DNA from: Candidatus Krumholzibacteriota bacterium
GTDB taxonomy: Bacteria > Krumholzibacteriota > Krumholzibacteriia > Krumholzibacteriales > Krumholzibacteriaceae
Length of the DNA stretch: 64,000 nucleotides
Direction of reading: 5' to 3'
Assembly (NCBI GenBank): GCA_016933255.1
Contig: JAFGBF010000015.1
Coordinates: forward strand, 79,725 to 143,724
Of the stretch, positions 57,039-64,000 are shown in pieces (positions within the stretch are counted from its first letter, which is position 1; each line of letters begins with the position of its first letter). Under the pieces are notes generated by a model. That model did no database searches, was not told where the DNA came from, and saw only the letters and a list, made by a program, of their open reading frames with translations. The position numbers and the translations under genes were made by a program.

Positions 57039-58004
57039 TCAGTCGATAATAAGCTTCCCTTTTTCCATCAGGATCTTTCCATCGAGTTCGACTGTCGGTT
57101 CCTTTACGATCCCGTCAAGGTGGATCGGCACGTCGATAGTCCCGCCCATAGACATATTATTCCCAAGTGCTATATGGATCGTACCCATTACCTTTTCGTC
57201 CTCAAGGATATTTCCGATTATCCTGGCGGCGTCATTTGTGCCGATACCGAGTTCCGCGACATTGAAGGCGAGCTTTCCTGCCGCTTTCAGTTTGCGCCTT
57301 AGCTCATCCGCCTCGGGACCGCCCGTTATTTCCACAGCCAGACCTTTCTCGACCCTGATAGATATCGGAGTCTTGTCTCTCAGGTCTCCGATCCCTGCCA
57401 TCGATCCGTCGACGATGAAGATCCCGGATGATCCTCCTTCCGCCGGCCTCATATACGCCTCTCCGGAGGGAAGGTTTCCGAACGACCCAGGCCCGTGTAT
57501 CAGCCCGGTCGATGCGATGGCATCTATGCCGCCGAGAGGGAGGATGATGTCAGTCCCGGCCTCGGTAGTTACGCGGGCGGATTCCGCTTTCGTTAGCAGT
57601 TCGGTGACTTTTTCAGTCCTTTCGGCGATCGCGTAGTAGTCGGCGTTAAGGCAGCGGATCATGGTGTCACGGGTTATCCCCGGCATAGTAGCGACTCTGG
57701 CTCCGTTAGAACAGGCGTTTCTCCGCGCCGCCGTATGCGTAAGGGATTTTGAAGCCGGTATCAGTACCGCATCTGCTTCGATCATCGCTTTTGATACGAT
57801 ATCAGGAGGTTCTTCTCCGTTTCTGCCGAGAGGCGACATCTCCAGAAGAACGGTAACGGCTCCAGTTGAACGTCCCGCTTCGGCAAGGCCTTCTCCGATC
57901 TCGATCAGTTCCGTATCGGTCACGACGAGAAAAACCTCTCCGGCTTTGACTTTTAAACAGTCTTTTACGGCGATCATAGAGGCGTCGAATAATGCCTTGT
58001 CCAT
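57039..58004 (-). CDS. Aminopeptidase, M29 (aminopeptidase T/S)-like, short form.
   Basis: The N-terminal region resembles the M29 start. C-terminal HIALGNNMSMGGTIDVPIHLDG resembles the M29 metal-binding region. At 321 aa it is shorter than canonical M29 (370-410 aa). Confidence 0.4.
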   Translation of the reverse strand: MDKALFDASMIAVKDCLKVKAGEVFLVVTDTELIEIGEGLAEAGRSTGAVTVLLEMSPLGRNGEEPPDIVSKAMIEADAVLIPASKSLTHTAARRNACSNGARVATMPGITRDTMIRCLNADYYAIAERTEKVTELLTKAESARVTTEAGTDIILPLGGIDAIASTGLIHGPGSFGNLPSGEAYMRPAEGGSSGIFIVDGSMAGIGDLRDKTPISIRVEKGLAVEITGGPEADELRRKLKAAGKLAFNVAELGIGTNDAARIIGNILEDEKVMGTIHIALGNNMSMGGTIDVPIHLDGIVKEPTVELDGKILMEKGKLIID

Positions 58005-58097
58005 AAAGTTTCTTCCTTTCGATTACAGGTGTCCGGTCCACTCTTTGGCTGTAGGGAATTTATTCGGGGAAAAATGCAGCCGACTGGAGCTCATGAT

Positions 58098-59093
58098 TCA
58101 CCTTTCAAACAGATCAGGGGCAGGTGCGGTCACATCTACTGTATTTTCCCGATCGGGATGGAGGAATGATATTTTCCAGGCATGCAGCATCAATCGTTTT
58201 GCTCCGTTCCGCGATCCGTAAAGCTGGTCTCCCTCGACAGGGCAGCCGATCGACGACAGGTGGACCCTGATCTGATGGGTCCGCCCGGTCGTTATCCTTA
58301 TCTCTACAAGAGACCTGTTTCCAGGCATGACTTTTTTAACAAGATAAAAAGTCTCGGCTTTTCTTCCATCACTGTCGATCCGGCTTCTCGATCCCGTTCT
58401 TTTTTGCGTCTTTATCAACGCGGTGATCCTTCCCTCTTCAGGGTCGGGTATCCCTTCGACTACCGCCAGATAGACTTTTTTCAGACGCGAGTTTTTTATC
58501 TCATCACTAAGCCTTCTCGCCGCCTTTCGGGTCTTGGCGATGATAAGGGCTCCGCTTGTCCCCATATCCAGTCTGTGAACAGGAGTGGGATAGAAGATCC
58601 CGCCTTCATCGGGGACAATCCTGTCTGTTTTTTGATAGTATTCCCCGAGAAGGTCCAGAAGCGAACCTTTTTCCTTTTCGTTTCCAGGTTGAACGGGAAG
58701 CCCCGGAGGCTTGTTTATTACCATAAGATCGTCATCTTCATATAGGATCTGAATCCCGGCCCCGATCGAGCCGAATCTTTCTCTTAAAGATTCGGAAGAC
58801 TCCTCATCGAGATACAGAAAGCCCGAAGTAGGCCTTTTGGCCGGAACTCTTCTTTTTTCATCCGGTTTGTCCGGGATCTCGACTATATCTCCGGCGGAAA
58901 GCCTTGTTTTTCCATTTGCCGGGTGTCCGTTCAGGAGGATCTGTTTTTTTCTTATCATCTGCTGGGCTGCGGAAAAGGAGAGGCCGTCGTAAACCGCCCT
59001 GATGAACCTGTCAAGCCGGGCGTCTTCCCATTCATCTGTTATTGTCTGCTTTTTCATAACAGCTGTCACTGCCCGGCCGTTTTGCGCCCGCAT
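58098..59093 (-). CDS. RluA-family pseudouridine synthase with an N-terminal S4 domain (RluD-like).
   Basis: Catalytic motif HRLDMGTSGALIIAKT. S4-like N-terminus. ATG 59093 is preceded by a GAGGAG RBS formed by the last codons of the upstream macro-domain gene. Confidence 0.8.
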   Translation of the reverse strand: MRAQNGRAVTAVMKKQTITDEWEDARLDRFIRAVYDGLSFSAAQQMIRKKQILLNGHPANGKTRLSAGDIVEIPDKPDEKRRVPAKRPTSGFLYLDEESSESLRERFGSIGAGIQILYEDDDLMVINKPPGLPVQPGNEKEKGSLLDLLGEYYQKTDRIVPDEGGIFYPTPVHRLDMGTSGALIIAKTRKAARRLSDEIKNSRLKKVYLAVVEGIPDPEEGRITALIKTQKRTGSRSRIDSDGRKAETFYLVKKVMPGNRSLVEIRITTGRTHQIRVHLSSIGCPVEGDQLYGSRNGAKRLMLHAWKISFLHPDRENTVDVTAPAPDLFER

Positions 59094-59867
59094 TCACTCC
59101 TCTTCATCACATTTTTCAAGGAGAAGTACTATAGCCTCTATCGTGTCTTCATTCTCATCGGCGATTATTATTTTCGTGATATTTTCAGCATTGTGTTCCT
59201 TTATTCCTCCGATTACCGCGGCGGCAGCGTCGGATGGAGGTATTTTCCCGGCTCCGCTGGAGAATCCGGGGCAGGCGACTGTCTGTGCCTCGAGTTTTTC
59301 GGCAAGTTCAAGTGCCGAAAGAAGAGCTGAACGAAGCCGGCCGGGATCGGATGAGATGCCGGCAGTGTTGATATGTATGATATTCGAGGCAGGGATCGTT
59401 CCCGGTCCCGTCGATACGGCAGATCCGGGATCGATCGGGGCGGATGACATCAATTCCTTCTCTATTTCGATCCCTCCCATTTCCTTTATCTTTGCGGCTG
59501 TCTCCGAGGTCATCGATCCGTCGCCTGCGCAAGGGGAAATGACAGCATCAGCAAATACTTCCGACGGCGCGGATTTCCTTACTGAAATCCCCACGTCTCC
59601 AATACCTGTCACGTAGCGGTCCTCATCCATCGCTATTCCTGCAAGGATCACGTCGGGACGTTTCTTGAAGTCGGATATCAGCGTGTTTCCTTTTTTTGCT
59701 ATAGACCCCGCTATCCTGAATACCTCTTCCGCGCCGATCTCTTCCTGGTCATAGGCGAGAAGCTTTTCGGAGAGGGTGTCTATAAGTCTTCTGCTTCTAT
59801 TTTCTCTTATCATATCGACGAACCTTTGTTTGCGTTCATCTCTTTCACTGTCTGCTTCCCAGAACAT
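59094..59867 (-). CDS. Macro-domain protein with an N-terminal extension of about 85 aa.
   Basis: Macro-like blocks ADAVISPCAGDGSMTSETAAKI...TGPGTIPASNIIHINTAG...TVACPGFSSGAGKIPPSDAAAAV...IIIADENED. GGAGG RBS. Confidence 0.55.
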   Translation of the reverse strand: MFWEADSERDERKQRFVDMIRENRSRRLIDTLSEKLLAYDQEEIGAEEVFRIAGSIAKKGNTLISDFKKRPDVILAGIAMDEDRYVTGIGDVGISVRKSAPSEVFADAVISPCAGDGSMTSETAAKIKEMGGIEIEKELMSSAPIDPGSAVSTGPGTIPASNIIHINTAGISSDPGRLRSALLSALELAEKLEAQTVACPGFSSGAGKIPPSDAAAAVIGGIKEHNAENITKIIIADENEDTIEAIVLLLEKCDEEE

Positions 59868-60034
59868 CGTCTATCCTCCGCGCAATTGTTCACCGAAATA
59901 CTGCCTGTCTGTCGTTATATCTCAAAAAATCGCATAATTCCATGCATAAATTGAATATTCCAATTAAGACTTTTCTGGTATATTATTGATTCCTGAATAA
60001 ACGAAAGGATCGCCGTTTTTTTGAAAGGAGAGTC

Positions 60035-62146
60035 ATGAACCGAGGGAAGGCAATGCTGATGCTGCTCGCGGCCGCGTTCACGGTTATTTTTGCCGCGCAT
60101 CCTGCGGCTTCAGAAGAAAGCAGGATCCCATGGATGCCGAAAGATATCTGGCAGCTGAAAAGGATCAGTGACAGTCATATTTCCCCCGACGGGAAATGGA
60201 TAGCATATGTTGTTACGGCAACTGACTACGAGGAGAATAAAAGCGACTCCGATATATGGGTCATCTCTTCTTCCGGCGGAGATCCCAGAAAGATGACAAA
60301 TTCTCCAAAAGGTGATAATCACCCAAGATGGTCGCCAGACGGAAGGAGCATCGCTTTTCTCTCGTCGCGGGGGGAATCAAGACAGGTCTATATAATTCCC
60401 TTTGACGGCGGAGAAGCCAGAAAGATAACAGACTTTCCGGGCGGTATCGGTGAACTGGAATGGCTCCCGTCAGGAGATGGATTTGTATTTACAGGGCGTA
60501 TATATCCGGATTGCCCCGATCCTGATTGTGTTGTAGAGAGGGACAAAGAGATAGAGGAAAGAAAAGTGACCGCGATGGTCCATAGAAAGCTCCTCTATCG
60601 CCACTGGGATACTTATGATGACGGCAAGGTTCAGCACATTTTTACCGTCTCCACAGACGGGGGAGATCCGGTCGATCTTACTCCCGGCCTTAGATTTGAC
60701 GCACTTACGTACTGGCTCGCTTCAGCCGGGTGTGATCTTGATATCAGTCCTGACGGCAGGATGGTCTATTTTTCGGGAAAACAGGACGAGGATCAGGCCG
60801 TTTCGTATAATGAGGAGATCTGGAGTGTTTCTGTAGCCGGCGGGGAAGTTAAAAAGGTCACATCGAACCTCGCCGCCGACAGTCATCCCCGGGTCTCGCC
60901 GTGCGGCAAGTATCTTGCGTGGAGAGGCACGCGCAGGCCGGGATATGAATCGGACAGGTATGAGTTGATGGTGATGGATCTTCCTGATGGAGAGCCGAGG
61001 AGCCTGACGAGTGATTTCGACAGAAGCGTATCGTCTCTTTTCTGGAGTCATGACGGCAGGAAGATATACTTTACCGCGGAAGATCAGGCGAATATCGATC
61101 TGTTCAGCGTAAAGCTTAAAGGCGGAACGGTAGAGAAGGTCGTCAGTGAGAAGAATGCGGGAAAGGGATACCACCTTGGTTTTGACGCGGGGCCTAAGGA
61201 CAGATTCTTTACCTACCTGTATCGGCCGATGAAACACTATTACGAGATATTCAGGATCGATGCGGGAGGCGGAAATAACAAAAAGATCACTGATCTCAAT
61301 GGCGGACTTTATGCCAAATATCATTTTCCCGACGCGGAGGAGATCTGGTATGAAGGAGCCGGAGGGACGAAGATCCACGGGTTCCTTGTCAAGCCGATGA
61401 ATTTCGATCCCGATGGTCAGTATCCGATGCTGGTGAGGATCCACGGCGGGCCGCAGCAGATGTTTGGATACGCGTACAGGACGGAATACGCGGTATTTTC
61501 CGGCGCGGGTTATGCAGTCTTCTTCTGCAATCCAAGAGGATCTACAGGCTACGGGACGGAGATCTGCGACGGGATCAATTATGACTGGGGCGGAAAGGTG
61601 ATCGAGGATATAAAGAGCGGAGTACGCCACGTCCTTGAAAACAATGAATGGATCGACGAAAAGAAGGTCGGCGCCTGGGGAGGGTCGTTCGGAGGATTCG
61701 TATGCAACTGGCTGCAGGGGCATAACAGCGACGGGATGTTCTCTGTCCTTGTCACTCACGCAGGAGAAGCGGACCAGTGGAGTTCATACGGTTCCACCGA
61801 GGAGCTGTGGTTTCCCGAATGGGAATTCGGCGGGACTCCATGGGATACTCCAGAATTGACTGATGAACTGTCGCCGATCCGCTACGCGAAAAATTTCTCC
61901 ACTCCTCATCTGATAATCCATGGAGATCTTGACTACAGGGTACCTGTCACAGGGGGTGAGCAGATGTTCACCGCTCTTCAGAGGCAGGGAGTTCCTTCAA
62001 AGATGATCCGTTATCCGGATGAGAATCACTGGATCCTTCAGCCGCATAACGCAAGATTCTGGTATGCGTCGATTCTCGACTGGTTCGATCAGTGGTTGAA
62101 AAGAGACGGAGAGGAAAAGCCGATCGAAGGGTTCGAAGATATCTAG
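60035..62146 (+). CDS. S9-family serine peptidase (prolyl oligopeptidase / acylaminoacyl-peptidase-like) with an N-terminal beta-propeller.
   Basis: Signal peptide. PD40-like repeats. Catalytic Ser in GGSFGGF, with Asp/His in the C-terminal alpha/beta-hydrolase domain (HGDLDYRVP, ENHW). Confidence 0.85.
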   Translation: MNRGKAMLMLLAAAFTVIFAAHPAASEESRIPWMPKDIWQLKRISDSHISPDGKWIAYVVTATDYEENKSDSDIWVISSSGGDPRKMTNSPKGDNHPRWSPDGRSIAFLSSRGESRQVYIIPFDGGEARKITDFPGGIGELEWLPSGDGFVFTGRIYPDCPDPDCVVERDKEIEERKVTAMVHRKLLYRHWDTYDDGKVQHIFTVSTDGGDPVDLTPGLRFDALTYWLASAGCDLDISPDGRMVYFSGKQDEDQAVSYNEEIWSVSVAGGEVKKVTSNLAADSHPRVSPCGKYLAWRGTRRPGYESDRYELMVMDLPDGEPRSLTSDFDRSVSSLFWSHDGRKIYFTAEDQANIDLFSVKLKGGTVEKVVSEKNAGKGYHLGFDAGPKDRFFTYLYRPMKHYYEIFRIDAGGGNNKKITDLNGGLYAKYHFPDAEEIWYEGAGGTKIHGFLVKPMNFDPDGQYPMLVRIHGGPQQMFGYAYRTEYAVFSGAGYAVFFCNPRGSTGYGTEICDGINYDWGGKVIEDIKSGVRHVLENNEWIDEKKVGAWGGSFGGFVCNWLQGHNSDGMFSVLVTHAGEADQWSSYGSTEELWFPEWEFGGTPWDTPELTDELSPIRYAKNFSTPHLIIHGDLDYRVPVTGGEQMFTALQRQGVPSKMIRYPDENHWILQPHNARFWYASILDWFDQWLKRDGEEKPIEGFEDI

Positions 62147-62150
62147 GAGA

Positions 62151-63740
62151 TCATTTTTTTTCTGCGGGGAAGCCGAGAAGTTCAAGACCCTTCCCGGCCT
62201 GCCTGTTTTGCGGGTATATCTTAATAGCTTCTTCGAAGGATGCCCGCGCTCTTACTCTATCTCCCTGGGCGGAATAGATGGACCCCAGGCGGACAAGGTT
62301 TTGAGATTCTCCCAACGGGGTATCTTCGGCTACGGTTGTGTTGACCAGCTTCGCGATAAGTAGAAATGCCGCTACCATGAGGGTCGCGTGTATCCACTGC
62401 TTTCCGGCGAAAAGTTTCAGTATGCCGGCGGCGCCCGCGCCCGCAAATGGAATAAGGAAAACAAGCACTGGCAGCCTGTATCTCGCGAGGATATAGAATA
62501 TGACGCCCGCCGCAAAATAGGTCATTACCCCGCCATAGAGCAGCATCAATCTTCTCCATCGTCCGCGGGAGATGAAGATCCCTGTAAGGGCAAGAGGCGC
62601 CACGATCCCGAAATTGAATAGAGGCAGGATCAGGATTCCCCCGAACCTGCGGTGGAAGTCGAGACTTTCGATATTCGCTCTTTCGTATTTGTTCCAGAAG
62701 AATATCGATTTCATTCTGAGAAGATCGGCCCATTTTCCGGTATTTTCCAGACTCGATTCGATCCCCTCTCTCATCCAGAAATCTGAGACCTCAGAGTGTG
62801 TAAGTTCTCTCCCTGTCTCTGACGATGCGATATCATGCATTTTCCGATTCTGTTCTTCGGGGGTCCCTCCGAGAGACCGCCCCCTGTAAGTCGGAACAGA
62901 GTAGAATCCTGTCGATTCGGGATTGTTGCCTATATAGAAGTTTATACCGCCTCCCGTGGTGAGAGGGATGAATTCGCCGGTCAGTCTGGCATTTCTGATA
63001 GTGAGAGGGGCCATCGCTATGACGAGGCCGAAAACAAGGATCACGGAATTGACTGATAATGTCCTTAAGGCTGCCGCCCATTCCCGTTTTCGATTTGCAA
63101 GGACGCCTCCCTCGAATTTTCTTATCCTTAAAAGCAGGTGTACGATGGCAAAAGGAAGCAGAAGAAGAGCAACGGGTTTTGTGATGACTGAAAGGCCGAG
63201 TATAAATCCCGCCAGCAGCAGTCTCGGTCCGGTCGGGTAGCGGCTGTCAGGGATCATCAGAAATAAGAAGAGGGAATTGAGAAACAGAATAAGCGTGGCA
63301 GGAGCGAGCACTCCCTCATAGAAGATAGCAGGCAGATACAGGGCAGAGATCGTTCCCGCGAGGATCCCGGCAGTCGATGAACGGAAGAGCCTTCTTGTCG
63401 ATGCCATGATGAATCCGCAGGTCAGTGTCCCGAGAAGGGCGTGGACGGTCCTGACAGCTGTAAGATCCGGACCGAAGATCCTGTAGATCAAAGAAACGAA
63501 CCACGGAAAAAACGGAGCCTGCATGAACTGCGTCGATCCGGGATCTCCTCCCCATACGAGTGCTTTTGCCCACCTGTCGTAGATTGCGGCGTCAAGGACC
63601 AGGTTGCCTGCCAGGGGGTTTAGTTTTGTCGTGAATATAACGTGTGATATGCGCATGGCGAGAGCGATGAAGATCACAAGCGAAGCGAGAAAAGATTCGC
63701 TGATAAAGAGCCTGCTGTTATCTTTTTTGCCTTGTAGCAC
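62151..63740 (-). CDS. GT39/ArnT-PMT-like polytopic glycosyltransferase with C-terminal TPR repeats.
   Basis: About 11 TM helices, with periplasmic loops rich in R/D. The C-terminal soluble region has TPR-like repeats (YSAQGDRVRARASFEEAIKIYPQN). Confidence 0.5.
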   Translation of the reverse strand: MLQGKKDNSRLFISESFLASLVIFIALAMRISHVIFTTKLNPLAGNLVLDAAIYDRWAKALVWGGDPGSTQFMQAPFFPWFVSLIYRIFGPDLTAVRTVHALLGTLTCGFIMASTRRLFRSSTAGILAGTISALYLPAIFYEGVLAPATLILFLNSLFLFLMIPDSRYPTGPRLLLAGFILGLSVITKPVALLLLPFAIVHLLLRIRKFEGGVLANRKREWAAALRTLSVNSVILVFGLVIAMAPLTIRNARLTGEFIPLTTGGGINFYIGNNPESTGFYSVPTYRGRSLGGTPEEQNRKMHDIASSETGRELTHSEVSDFWMREGIESSLENTGKWADLLRMKSIFFWNKYERANIESLDFHRRFGGILILPLFNFGIVAPLALTGIFISRGRWRRLMLLYGGVMTYFAAGVIFYILARYRLPVLVFLIPFAGAGAAGILKLFAGKQWIHATLMVAAFLLIAKLVNTTVAEDTPLGESQNLVRLGSIYSAQGDRVRARASFEEAIKIYPQNRQAGKGLELLGFPAEKK

Positions 63741-63753
63741 AGCGTTCCCTCTT

Positions 63754-64000
63754 CAGTCTTCCTCGTTTGAGTAATCCTCTGCGATAATATCTTCCACGTG
63801 ACGTTTGTCTTCATCTGTTTTAACAAGTTCCAGCACATGTTCAAATTCTTTTTTTACCGATGTCTCGAATCCCTCGATCATTTTCATCGTTCTCTTCCCG
63901 CTGTTGGCTCTGGTAAAACGCATTTTTCTCAGGAGGGATTCGTAGGATTTGTCAGATGTATAGGAAATAAGCGCATATCTGGCGACGAATATTCCGCATT
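63754..64000 (-). CDS. Hypothetical protein. The 5' end is undetermined; the ORF is open to the window edge.
   Basis: The minus-strand frame reads ...RKMRFTRANSGKRTMKMIEGFETSVKKEFEHVLELVKTDEDKRHVEDIIAEDYSNEED* with stop complement TCA at 63754-63756. It lies 13 nt from the upstream glycosyltransferase start. It is not in the supplied ORF list. Confidence 0.3.

Noticed and set aside
1-64000. Searched for CRISPR repeats, tRNA/rRNA genes, IS elements, integrases and phage genes.
   Set aside because: No regularly spaced short direct repeats were seen. No intergenic region is large enough or structured like a tRNA. No transposase or integrase motifs appear among the translated ORFs.

Overview
This is a gene-dense bacterial chromosomal window, about 50% GC, with no rRNA, tRNA, CRISPR arrays, transposases or integrases that I could recognise. 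The content points to an anaerobic, proteolytic Gram-negative from the FCB-like candidate-phylum space. The oxygen-detoxification genes are the iron-based set typical of anaerobes: rubrerythrin, desulfoferrodoxin, ferritin and a flavodiiron protein. There are many peptidases and a peptide transporter, and one protein carries a T9SS C-terminal sorting domain.

The most notable block is 20374..31054 on the minus strand, a compact exosortase/PEP-CTERM sorting locus. It holds two tandem paralogous PEP-CTERM proteins driven by a perfect-consensus sigma-54 promoter, with an upstream inverted repeat that could be the activator site. A strong intrinsic terminator follows them. Next come the exosortase, EpsI, an unknown 8-TM protein, a TPR lipoprotein, the PrsK histidine kinase, the sigma-54-dependent PrsR regulator and an FHA-domain protein.

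Three other points stand out:
- A Fur/PerR-like regulator has a perfect 10-1-10 palindromic operator. It appears to head an operon carrying a DUF2400 gene, a permease fused to a heavy-metal-binding (HMA) domain, and the oxidative-stress genes listed above.
- A translationally coupled pair of PPDK_N (PEP/pyruvate-binding ATP-grasp) proteins, the second fused to a Pol-beta-type nucleotidyltransferase, sits between a glutamate dehydrogenase and a glutamine synthetase.
- An unannotated 52-aa membrane protein is coupled to a sodium:solute symporter.

All calls rest on reading the sequence and supplied translations; no database searches were run.
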